A DNA stretch of 59,499 nt. Origin: Parcubacteria bacterium SG8_24 (GTDB taxonomy: Bacteria; Patescibacteriota; Patescibacteriia; SG8-24). This document shows, in pieces, positions 46,897 through 55,090 of this stretch (its first letter is position 1; every line of letters begins with the position of its first letter). The stretch spans positions 1-59,499 of the forward strand of contig LJNP01000002.1 in assembly GCA_001303185.1 (NCBI GenBank). Direction: 5' to 3'. The position numbers were made by a program, and so were the translations under genes. The notes under the pieces are model-generated. The model was not told the origin of the DNA and ran no database searches. It saw only the letters and a list, made by a program, of their open reading frames with translations.

Positions 46897-47958
46897 TCAG
46901 TCGCCGTTACGCTTCTTGACCGCCTGCATGTAGCTGGGGTCGAAGCGCAGTGCCGCGGTGCCGCCGGCGCCGTAGGAGACGCTGGGCTTCTTGGGCACGA
47001 TGTCATGACTGACGCAGAACTGCGTCACCGTCCTCATCGTCTGGACGAGCGAGTCACCGGTGAAGAGGGCGATGCCCTGCTCCGGAGTGCTGTAGAAACG
47101 CGTCTGCTGGACGACCTTGCGCATCGACTGCAGCCCCAGGTTGGAGAACTTCTCCCCGATGGCGATGAGCGTGTCGTCCGCCGTCGCCGGATCGGTCATG
47201 CGTTGGTTGATGGCGTAGAAGGTGTCGATCACCGCCTTGGCGAAGCGCTTGCCGCCGGGCTTGTCGAGTGACTTCTTCGACATCACGATCATGTCGATGA
47301 TCTCACCGGGGATGGAAGTGCTGTCGAACAGCACGCGCGTGTCCTTGCGCTTCTCCAGCGTGTCCAGCACGAAGGGGTTCCAGACGGCGATGGCGTCGTA
47401 GCCCCGACGTTTCTGCTGCATGGCCAGGGCGGCGGCCTGCGGGTCCATGTTGGTGAAGGTGTAGTCAGTCTCCTTCTCGCCGAGCTTCTGCAGGTTGCGC
47501 ACGAACATGTACTCGCTGACCGTCTTGGCCAGCCCATACACCTTCTTGCCCTTCAGCTGCGTGACGCTGGTGATGTCCTTGGGGACGATCAGGGCGTCGG
47601 CGCCGAAGCTGGTCGAGGTCGGGAGAATGGCCACGGTCGGCCGGGTGAGCGCCGGATTCAGCGAATCCATGTTGGTCAGCGCGGCCGCGTCGACGGCACC
47701 CGACCCGTACATGGTGATGCACGAATCGTAATCCGCCTCGCGGAGCACGATGTCCACGTTCCACTTCTTCTCGATGGGCCCGAGCTTGCCCTTGTGGCCG
47801 TCGATCAGCTTGACCTCATGGGCTACGCCGAAGACGCTCCACGACGGGTACTCGCTCCAGGCGAGCGAGAACGAGGGCGGGTCGGCCAGGGCCTGGACCG
47901 GCATCAGGATCACGGCGATGGTGCCGAGGCACCACAGGATCCGATTGAGATGCGACAT
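46897..47958 (-). CDS. ABC transporter substrate-binding protein (NMT1-like, NitT/TauT family)
   Basis: Signal peptide ILWCLGTIAVILMPVQALA. FSLAWSEYPSWSVFGVAHE...ADYDSCITMYGSGAVDAAALTNMDSL resembles, from memory, the urea-carboxylase-associated SBP subfamily. Confidence 0.8.
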   Translation of the reverse strand: MSHLNRILWCLGTIAVILMPVQALADPPSFSLAWSEYPSWSVFGVAHEVKLIDGHKGKLGPIEKKWNVDIVLREADYDSCITMYGSGAVDAAALTNMDSLNPALTRPTVAILPTSTSFGADALIVPKDITSVTQLKGKKVYGLAKTVSEYMFVRNLQKLGEKETDYTFTNMDPQAAALAMQQKRRGYDAIAVWNPFVLDTLEKRKDTRVLFDSTSIPGEIIDMIVMSKKSLDKPGGKRFAKAVIDTFYAINQRMTDPATADDTLIAIGEKFSNLGLQSMRKVVQQTRFYSTPEQGIALFTGDSLVQTMRTVTQFCVSHDIVPKKPSVSYGAGGTAALRFDPSYMQAVKKRNGD

Positions 47959-48092
47959 GACTTGCCTCCTTCATCTTTCCGTTTCTGGTTCTTGCTTCCG
48001 TCATACTGCAACCGTCGTCGACCGTCGGCGGGGACACCCCGCTAGGACGCGGAATGCCCCGCGGACGGAAGACTGACGGAAGAGTCCCGATG

Positions 48093-48923
48093 TCACTCCG
48101 GCAAGGGCGTGCCCTTGGCGGCCTCAGTGCCGGTGGCCTCGACGGTCGCCGGCGACTCCTCGGTCAGGCCGAGCTCGCTGAAGAACTCGCTGTCGGCCTC
48201 GCTGGACTCGGCATAGGCCATGTACTCGGCCTCCTGAGCCTTGGTGTCGGTGCCGGCCAGGGTCTCGGCGACCCGGGCCCGCGCCTTGGCCTTCTGCCGC
48301 AGGTCACGCATCTGTTGCAGCTGCTCCGAGGTGGTGTCCTCGGCGATGCCGGAGAGCATGTCGGCGACGCGCTGCTCCTCCTGGGCGGTGATGATGTCGG
48401 CCACCGCTTCGCCCTTCTCGGCCTTGATCTTGTCGAGGTCGCGCTTCAGCGAAAGCATGTTGCGCTTGTGCTCCTCGATCTTGCCGGTACCGGCCTGGAT
48501 CTCGGCCTCGAGATCCTGGATGCGCGCCTCCTTCTCGCCGAGGGTCGACGAGAAGTCCTTGAAGGCGCCCTGATGCTTCATCAGCTCGGAATCGGCCTTG
48601 ATCTGCTCCGGGGTCAGGCCCTGTGCCTGCAGCTGCTTGAGCCGCTGCTTGGCCTTGGCCAAGGCTCCGGCCTTGAGACCCTCGAGCCGACCGGTCTCCT
48701 CGGTGAGCTGCTTGAGCGTCGCCTTGCGCTTCTCCTGGATGGTGACGATCTCCGCCACCGCCCGCGAGTAGTCCTGGATCCGGCCGGTCTTCTGACGGAT
48801 GATGTCGTCGTAGGTCGCGTTCACCACGTGCGGATTCAACGAGAGCGCCTCGCGCGCCTTGTCGATCCTTCCGGTCAGGAAGTACCCGACCGCTTTCAGG
48901 AATCTCCAGATTGCTCGGAACAT
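48093..48923 (-). CDS. PspA/IM30 (ESCRT-III superfamily)-like coiled-coil protein
   Basis: AGGAGG-5 nt-ATG. An amphipathic N-terminus MFRAIWRFLKAVGYF, then a continuous heptad-rich helical sequence laid out like PspA (IDKAREALS..P.....YDDIIRQ...IQDY..AVAEIVTIQEKRKATLKQL...), and an acidic C-terminal tail. 276 aa. Confidence 0.6.
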   Translation of the reverse strand: MFRAIWRFLKAVGYFLTGRIDKAREALSLNPHVVNATYDDIIRQKTGRIQDYSRAVAEIVTIQEKRKATLKQLTEETGRLEGLKAGALAKAKQRLKQLQAQGLTPEQIKADSELMKHQGAFKDFSSTLGEKEARIQDLEAEIQAGTGKIEEHKRNMLSLKRDLDKIKAEKGEAVADIITAQEEQRVADMLSGIAEDTTSEQLQQMRDLRQKAKARARVAETLAGTDTKAQEAEYMAYAESSEADSEFFSELGLTEESPATVEATGTEAAKGTPLPE

Positions 48924-48945
48924 CTTGTCCTCCTTTGCGGCCGGT

Positions 48946-49707
48946 CTACCGTCCTTCGACGGCCTGCCGCTCGTATTCGGAAATGTCCACGTTCCACGAT
49001 GAGATCTGTTCTTCGACCTTTCGGGCCACCTCCAGGTTCCGGTCCAGCTCGTCCCGCAGTTCCTGCAGGGCCGAGCTGTCGCTGTCCTTCTCCACGCTGA
49101 GCGCCTGCACCTGGACGAGTATGCCGCCGAGGCGTTCGACGCTCTTGCCGACTTCGGCGATCAGCCTTTCCCGCTTGTCCAGAATCGACCGTCGCGCTTC
49201 CGGTACGTTCAGCCTGCCGGCGGTCTCCGCCAGCCTGACCGAACGCTCCAGCGCCCGGACGCACCCCTGAAACAGTCGGTCCACGCCGGAGATGATGTCG
49301 AACGACGACAGGGTACCCACGTCGGCGGACCAGGAGTCGTCCTCCTTGAACGCCCGAGTGAGTTCCCGCAGGTCGCCGAGCAGCCTCTCCGTCCGCGGAT
49401 CGCCATCGCCCTGGAGGCGGGTTCCGAGATCGTCGAGCGCCCGCTGGCGCCCCCTCTCCGTCTCCCGCTCCAGCTCATCCAGCACTTCCCGGCCGACACG
49501 TTCGCTTCCGGTCAGGAACCGGGTCACGCATGACCCGATACCCGCCAGGACACCCGTCAGGCCGACGAACGCCAGCGGGCCGCTGGCGAAGCCGAAGGCC
49601 CACTGGGCGATCAGTAGCGTCGCACCTCCCAGAAGGGGGATGAGCGTCAGCGGGCTGGCGAGCAGGCGAATCATGAATTTCCTCTTGAACTCTCGCCTCT
49701 CCAGCAT
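48946..49707 (-). CDS. Two-TM membrane protein with cytoplasmic coiled-coil domain (candidate PspA partner)
   Basis: AGGAGG RBS. LLASPLTLIPLLGGATLLIAQWAFGF and LAFVGLTGVLAGIGSCV spans, followed by about 180 aa of charged helical sequence. Confidence 0.6.
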   Translation of the reverse strand: MLERREFKRKFMIRLLASPLTLIPLLGGATLLIAQWAFGFASGPLAFVGLTGVLAGIGSCVTRFLTGSERVGREVLDELERETERGRQRALDDLGTRLQGDGDPRTERLLGDLRELTRAFKEDDSWSADVGTLSSFDIISGVDRLFQGCVRALERSVRLAETAGRLNVPEARRSILDKRERLIAEVGKSVERLGGILVQVQALSVEKDSDSSALQELRDELDRNLEVARKVEEQISSWNVDISEYERQAVEGR

Positions 49708-49779
49708 GTTCCCTCCTTCAGGAAGAGGCGTCCCCGCGCCGGCCGACCGGCCGGCACGGGAGACGTCCTTTGAGTCCTA

Positions 49780-51357
49780 TCAATAGGGCAGGTTACCGAG
49801 GATGAACGAGACCGATTGCGACCCCCCTCCGTTGCCGGATGGGTCGGCCACTTCGGCCCGCAGGCGTGTCGTCGGTACGCCTCTCGAAGTGAGGTGCCGC
49901 ACCGCCGCCTCCGCCCTGGACTTGGCCAGCTCGCGGTTGGCCTGCGGATCGCCCTCGGCCCGGGCGTGACCGATCACCTTGAGATAGGAGTTCGGCCACG
50001 ATTCGAGCTGCTGCGACAGTCGGTCGAGATCCCTCTGGCTCCGCACGCTGATACGGGCGTTGCCCCGACTGAAGGCGATGGGGTCGATACGCATATTGCC
50101 GACGGCGACGATCCGGTCCCACTGCTCATCGGAGAGAGCGGGCAGGGCCGCCGCGCCGCGCACGGCGTCGAGGTCCGAAGTCCCCGGACCCATGCCTTGG
50201 ATGACATTGACCTTCTTTCCGGGGTGGAAGTTCTCCGCCAGCAAATCCCTGAGGGTGCCGTCGTAGAACAGCGTACTGGCCTTGCCCTCCAACGGGTCGC
50301 GGTCGAGCGCTCCCGTCTTGACGAGCACGTCAGCGATGTTCCCGATGATGTCCTCGAGATGCTGGACGCCTTTGGTCGGCTGCAAGCCGAGGTGGGCGTA
50401 ATTCTCCAGCGTGTTCTTCCACCGGATGCCGTCGACCAGCTTCCGGGCCTGAGCCTCGGAAAGCGTGTCCGAACCGGTCCGTTTGGCGTCATCCATGACC
50501 AGCTTGACCATCCCGTCGGCCTGACGGCCGTAAGAGAAAGCGGCCCGCTGGTATGATTCGACCACTGCCCGGACCAGTTCCGGGTGCTTCTGGAGGAACT
50601 TCCGGTTGGCGACCAGGACGTCGACGATATAACCCGACAGCTTGGAACTGTCCAGGAGTACATGAGCACCCGGCTCGTCGAGCGCCTTGGAGACATAGGG
50701 TTCCCAGAGCACGAAGGCCCGTTTTCCTTTGTCCCCTTTCGCCTTGCGGAATTCCTTGTAGACGGCCTCGGCGCCGTCCGCCTCCTCCCACCACTTCTCG
50801 GGCAGGCTGGGCAGACTGAACGTGGCGACCACCACCCGCGCCAGGAACTCGCTGGGCGAGCTCGGCGTGAGCACGATTCGGGCATCCGGACTGTCGAGGT
50901 CCTGGATGCTGCCGACCGCGCCCTGGTAGGCGACGATCGCGTCGGCGCCGTTGGTCTCATCGATGACCATGACGATGCTGGCCGGGTACTCACCCATCTT
51001 CGCTCCCGCGTAGATGAGCGAATCCACCGTGAACACCGCCAGGTCGACATCCTCGTCACGTAGGGCCTTGAGCCGGGCCTCGTAATCGGCCCGGTCATCC
51101 TCGATCTCGAGTCTGATGCCCTGCGACTTCAGTTCGCCGGCCAGGGCCGGAGAACGGAGGATGGCGTATCCGGAGAACGAATCGGCCGCGACCTTGACCA
51201 CGTGCTTGTACTGGCTCGAGGACCCAGTCGCTTCCGTCAGCTCCTCCTGGAAGTAGGGATGGATCAGGTAGCGATAGGCGACGCCCAGGATGCCGATGAT
51301 CAGGATCCAGGCGCCGGCCACCAGGATGGTGCGCGTCGCCTTCTTGGTCCCGCTCAT
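49780..51357 (-). CDS. N-terminally anchored SBP-like (NMT1-like) domain fused to an OmpA-like peptidoglycan-binding domain
   Basis: ATG 51357 overlaps the VWA stop (ATGA). Anchor ILVAGAWILIIGILGVAY. SBP-like DSFSGYAILRS...ADYEARLKALRDEDVDLAVFTVDSLI...VIDETNGADAIVAY. C-terminal OmpA-like IAFSRGNARISVRSQRDLDRLSQQLESWPNSYLKVIGHARAEGDPQANRELAKSRAEAAVRHL. Confidence 0.75.
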   Translation of the reverse strand: MSGTKKATRTILVAGAWILIIGILGVAYRYLIHPYFQEELTEATGSSSQYKHVVKVAADSFSGYAILRSPALAGELKSQGIRLEIEDDRADYEARLKALRDEDVDLAVFTVDSLIYAGAKMGEYPASIVMVIDETNGADAIVAYQGAVGSIQDLDSPDARIVLTPSSPSEFLARVVVATFSLPSLPEKWWEEADGAEAVYKEFRKAKGDKGKRAFVLWEPYVSKALDEPGAHVLLDSSKLSGYIVDVLVANRKFLQKHPELVRAVVESYQRAAFSYGRQADGMVKLVMDDAKRTGSDTLSEAQARKLVDGIRWKNTLENYAHLGLQPTKGVQHLEDIIGNIADVLVKTGALDRDPLEGKASTLFYDGTLRDLLAENFHPGKKVNVIQGMGPGTSDLDAVRGAAALPALSDEQWDRIVAVGNMRIDPIAFSRGNARISVRSQRDLDRLSQQLESWPNSYLKVIGHARAEGDPQANRELAKSRAEAAVRHLTSRGVPTTRLRAEVADPSGNGGGSQSVSFILGNLPY

Positions 51358-52280
51358 CGGCGTGTCCCCCGAGCCGACCGCCTCCGCCTCATGAGCAGGA
51401 GGACGGTCGTCGAGAGGAGCGCCAGCAGCGCCCACCACCCGGCTTGACCCTGGTGGTGATGGCAACCGCAGCCGCTCCCGCCCGCAGACGGGGTTGACGC
51501 GGCCTGGCCGGACGGCGCCTGACCCAGGGACGTGTCCGCATACGGACGCGGTTTGGCCCCGATGGGATGGTTGCCGGTCTCAGCCAGGGTCTGGATGGCC
51601 GCCAGACAGACGTCGGTGGACAGCGGAGCGATGACGCTGAAGACGTCATCACCCACGGTACCGCCGTCTTCCTGCTCGGTCACCTCGGCGAAAACCTGGG
51701 AGATCGTACTCTCCAGTGAGGCCGGGTCCTTCGCGTTGCGGTAGGTGTGGGCCCACTGGGCCAGCGTGTGCTGCTGGTCCATGTCCACGCCGATCACGTC
51801 GAGCGTGATGCCGCGCGCGACTACCTCTGGGGTCCAGCGCTCCATTTCCGAGCGCTCGCCGTAGTCGGCCTCGCCGTCGGTAACCACCAGCAGCCGGTAG
51901 CTGCCGTAGTTGAGCTGCTTGGTCCGCTGATCGAGCAGACGGTCGGCCCCTTTCTTGATGAAAGTGGCCAGCGGCGTGCCGCCACCGGAATCGATGGCGT
52001 CGATGGCGCTGTTGAGCCTGCCCCGGTCCAGTGGGCCGAGGTCATAGACCCAGCCCGCGTGGGGGAAGACCAGGATGCCGACGTTGACGTCGCCCGAGAG
52101 CTGGCCAAGCACCTTCTTGAGGGCATCCCGGGCCGCCTGCATCTTCCAGCCGTCCATCGAACCGGAAGCGTCGACCACCACCACGATGTTGGCGCGGTCG
52201 AGCTCCGGCTGGGCGGCCTGGAGCGGCGCGGCGGACAGGATGAGGAGGAACGCTGTGTATGTCGCAATCAGCTGGTTCAT
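51354..52280 (-). CDS. Secreted VWA-domain protein with Cys-motif/TM/Arg-cluster C-terminal tail
   Basis: Signal peptide FLLILSAAPLQAAQP. MIDAS motif VVVDASGSMDG. C-terminus GGSGCGCHHHQGQAGWWALLALLSTTVLLLMRRRRSARGTRR. Confidence 0.85.
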   Translation of the reverse strand: MNQLIATYTAFLLILSAAPLQAAQPELDRANIVVVVDASGSMDGWKMQAARDALKKVLGQLSGDVNVGILVFPHAGWVYDLGPLDRGRLNSAIDAIDSGGGTPLATFIKKGADRLLDQRTKQLNYGSYRLLVVTDGEADYGERSEMERWTPEVVARGITLDVIGVDMDQQHTLAQWAHTYRNAKDPASLESTISQVFAEVTEQEDGGTVGDDVFSVIAPLSTDVCLAAIQTLAETGNHPIGAKPRPYADTSLGQAPSGQAASTPSAGGSGCGCHHHQGQAGWWALLALLSTTVLLLMRRRRSARGTRR

Positions 52281-52293
52281 GGCTTCCTCCTTC

Positions 52294-54138
52294 CTAGAAG
52301 TCGAAGTCGCTGGCTTTGATGGCTTCCGCGGAGACGCGCACGATACGGAACTCGACGCGCATGTTCCGCTTGGCCTCGCCCATGTTGGCGGGCTTGGCGA
52401 TGAGCGGTTCGCGGATGCCCACGCCCTGCGGCTGGATCTGGCTCTCGTCGATCGTCACCTTCTTATGCCGCGCGTACTCGATGAGCGACTCGCGGACCGC
52501 CCTGGCCCGAATCCGGGACAGGTTGGCCGCAGCCTGCATCGTGTCGCGCGGGTTATGCTCGGTGACGCCGTCGAAGGCGCCGGACTGGATCAGCTTGATG
52601 ACGCCCTCCGTGCTGTTCAGATCGAGCTGACGGCCGTTGTAGTAGTAAACGTACTGGCCGCCGGAGCCCGACTGCTTCAGGGTGCCCTTACGCAGGCCGG
52701 CCCGGACCATCTCGACCAGCGTCTTGGTCGGGTCGGAATGGCCGCGGATGGCGATGACCGCCCCCCCGTACATCTGGGAGAGCTCGATCACCTTGTCGAA
52801 GTCCTTGCGGTACTTGGACGCGGAGAAATCGTTCTGGTTCGGCTCGAAGTTGATGGTGAACGAGTAGATGGTGTTGTCGTCCAGCACGCCGCCGGAGCTC
52901 AACTCCTCGATCTCGCTCTGCACCGCCTCCGGCCGGAACTTCTGCGATCTGGCCGCGCCGACGTGCGCCAGGTAACCGGTGTACGCCGAGGAGTTCCAGT
53001 CGATGCCGGTCGCCTTGAGGTCGCCCTTGCTCCGGGCGAAGCCCCAGTCCACCGCCATCTGCAGCGACGACTTCTTGAAGGCGTCGAAACCGCGCAGGTT
53101 CGACGAGTCGGTGAAGAAGGACACGTTGCCGGCGTGGCCGACGAACTTGCAGTCCGAGATCAGGCCGTGCGCCTCCTCCAGGGTGGGGATGGTGCCCCGG
53201 CCGTAGATCTCCTGGGTCAGCTTGAGCAGCTTCTCGAACTGCCGCGAGCCGCGGCTCTCGTACTGCTTCTTCTGCTCAACCACCTCCTCCGCGGCCTTCA
53301 GGTATCCGGCCACGAACTTGGTGACGAGGTCGCGGTGGTTGTCGTAGAAGTCCTGACGCACCACGTAGACGTCGGCGATGGAGCGGGAGAGCTCGGCCGT
53401 CGAGACGAGCACGTGCGCGCCCTTGACCGTGCCTTCTGCGCCGCTGCCGACGTTCTGGGCCCCGCCGGTCAGCCCGATCATGTCGGGCGTGATGACGAAC
53501 GCCGCGTCGATGCGCTTGTTCTTCTTGAACATCTCCGAGGGACAGTTGGCCGTACCCGTGAGGTCATCGGCCCAGATGAGTTTGACGTCATTCAGGCCGA
53601 GTCCCGCGGTCTTCAGCACGTCATAGAGCATGCCGACATGCGGCCCGCCCTTCTGCAGGACAATCGTCTTGCCCTTGAGATCGGCGAGCGTCCTGATGTT
53701 CCGCCGGGCGACCATGTGATCGCCCTGCGACCAGGTGAGCTGCAGGATCACCACACCCTTGGTGCGGGGATCCCGGTCGATCATCTCGGCGGCGAGTCCG
53801 ATCATGCGGAAGGTACCCCGCAGGAACGGGCTCTTACCGGACAGGTAGTCGCGGACCTGCTGATGGAAGTCGTCCCCGGCCTGGAGCTTCAGGTTCAGCC
53901 CCTGCTGGTGGAAGATGGAGCCGTTCTTGGTGGTCAGGCCCCCGTTGGCGTAGAAGGTGGCCATGTCGCCGCCCCAGGTGATGAACGGTACCTGGAGGGG
54001 CGAGGTCGACTTGACCGGACCCACCTTGACGCGACCGACCTGGTCAGAGAATCTCTGCGCCGCGGTGGCATCCGCGGTGAAGAGCATGGCCAGGGCGGCC
54101 AGGAATCCTGCTGCCGTGAGAAAACCTTTCCGTTTCAT
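52294..54138 (-). CDS. Secreted SBP-like domain fused to an OmpA-like peptidoglycan-binding domain
   Basis: GGAGG-7 nt-ATG at 54138. Signal peptide MKRKGFLTAAGFLAALAMLFTADATAAQ. SBP-like N-terminal two-thirds. C-terminal OmpA-like FEPNQNDFSASKYRKDFDKVIELSQMYGGAVIAIRGHSDP...LSRIRARAVRESL...NMRVEFRIV. Confidence 0.75.
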   Translation of the reverse strand: MKRKGFLTAAGFLAALAMLFTADATAAQRFSDQVGRVKVGPVKSTSPLQVPFITWGGDMATFYANGGLTTKNGSIFHQQGLNLKLQAGDDFHQQVRDYLSGKSPFLRGTFRMIGLAAEMIDRDPRTKGVVILQLTWSQGDHMVARRNIRTLADLKGKTIVLQKGGPHVGMLYDVLKTAGLGLNDVKLIWADDLTGTANCPSEMFKKNKRIDAAFVITPDMIGLTGGAQNVGSGAEGTVKGAHVLVSTAELSRSIADVYVVRQDFYDNHRDLVTKFVAGYLKAAEEVVEQKKQYESRGSRQFEKLLKLTQEIYGRGTIPTLEEAHGLISDCKFVGHAGNVSFFTDSSNLRGFDAFKKSSLQMAVDWGFARSKGDLKATGIDWNSSAYTGYLAHVGAARSQKFRPEAVQSEIEELSSGGVLDDNTIYSFTINFEPNQNDFSASKYRKDFDKVIELSQMYGGAVIAIRGHSDPTKTLVEMVRAGLRKGTLKQSGSGGQYVYYYNGRQLDLNSTEGVIKLIQSGAFDGVTEHNPRDTMQAAANLSRIRARAVRESLIEYARHKKVTIDESQIQPQGVGIREPLIAKPANMGEAKRNMRVEFRIVRVSAEAIKASDFDF

Positions 54139-54358
54139 CGTCAGTCCTCCATGTGCCCCAAAGGGCGTCTGTTTCTGCTTCACGGATCGTTTATCCTGTC
54201 ATGTTCCCGGCGAGACAGCCGAATCGGTATCCCGACACCTCCTTTTCATATCCATCGTCTCTTGGAGACTCCTTTGTTCTTTGTGACTCGCTTGTATTGT
54301 AATGACCGGTCAGGACCGGCCAAAAATAGCCGAAAAACGTCCCCGGACCTGACGCGGG

Positions 54359-54387
54359 AACATAGCAGGAATCCGCTGTCGTGTCAA
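54359..54387 (-). promoter_or_regulatory. Sigma70-like promoter heading the nine-gene cluster
   Basis: Minus strand AT-rich ACATAATAAATCA, then TTGACA-17 nt-TATGTT, about 215 nt upstream of ATG 54138. Confidence 0.7.
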
Positions 54388-54510
54388 TGATTTATTATGT
54401 ATCGGGGCGCTCGTCTGATTCCGGGCGATATCTGAGCTTAAACGGGGCTGCTGTCCGGGCCGTTTCCGCGCGGTATCCGGACTGACGGTCAGTCGGGCCC
54501 CCTGACCACG

Positions 54511-54538
54511 AAAAAACCGCCCGATGGGCCTGGGCGGC
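54511..54538 (-). terminator. Rho-independent terminator after the NYN gene
   Basis: Minus strand CCGCCC-9 nt loop-GGGCGG followed by TTTTTTCG. Confidence 0.8.
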
Positions 54539-54547
54539 TTAAAACGA

Positions 54548-55090
54548 TCAGATCGGTCCCGACTTGATCAGCGGGGCCGGATCGCCGTTGGACGGCAGCA
54601 GGTACCTGTTCCGGTCCTGCGAAAGGTCGACGTACCGGTCAGCCGCCTTCATCAGGCGATAGGCGGTGGTTCCCCGAAAGGCCAGTACTTCGACCCGCCG
54701 TCCGTTCGACTTGAGATATTCGGCCAGCTCCACGAAATCTCCGTCACCGGAGACGAGCACCACGACGTCGAGACGCCGGTCGACGGAGAAACGGATGGCG
54801 TCGACGGTGATGCCGACATCCCAGTTGGCCTTCTTCGTGCCGTCCGGGAAGACCTGCAGCTCCCGTTCCTTGGTCTCGATGCCGATGTGCTTCAGGGCAT
54901 CGAAGAAAGACTGTTCGTTGCCGGTGGCACGTACCACGTAGGCGATGGCCTGGACCAGCCGACGATCGGCGACGGCGGTCTCCAGGATGGTCTCGAAGTT
55001 CACCTTCCGGCCGAACAGGTTCTTGGCCGAATAGTACATGTTCTGCGTATCGATAAACACGCCGACCCGATGGTCCTTACGCAGGATCAC
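54548..55090 (-). CDS. NYN-domain (LabA-like) putative RNase
   Basis: VGVFIDTQNMYYSA, AIAYVV and VVVLVSGDGDFVELAEYLKSNGRRVEVLAF. AGGAG-7 nt-GTG start. Confidence 0.8.
   Translation of the reverse strand: MILRKDHRVGVFIDTQNMYYSAKNLFGRKVNFETILETAVADRRLVQAIAYVVRATGNEQSFFDALKHIGIETKERELQVFPDGTKKANWDVGITVDAIRFSVDRRLDVVVLVSGDGDFVELAEYLKSNGRRVEVLAFRGTTAYRLMKAADRYVDLSQDRNRYLLPSNGDPAPLIKSGPI

Noticed and set aside
46704-47006. An N-terminal extension of the permease ORF (track start 47006) overlapping the SBP gene by 110 nt
   Set aside because: The extension is Pro/Ser/Arg-rich and non-hydrophobic, and it spans a 14-bp terminator-like hairpin. An AAGGAGG-6 nt-GTG at 46703 gives a normal permease N-terminus (IRQPFRRKWPRVVLGLLAVG).
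54199-54255. An 18-codon ORF (MDMKRRCRDTDSAVSPGT) inside the long leader of the nine-gene cluster
   Set aside because: It is too short and unremarkable to support as coding from sequence alone. The apparent SD belongs to a purine-rich stretch. I keep it only as part of the leader observation.
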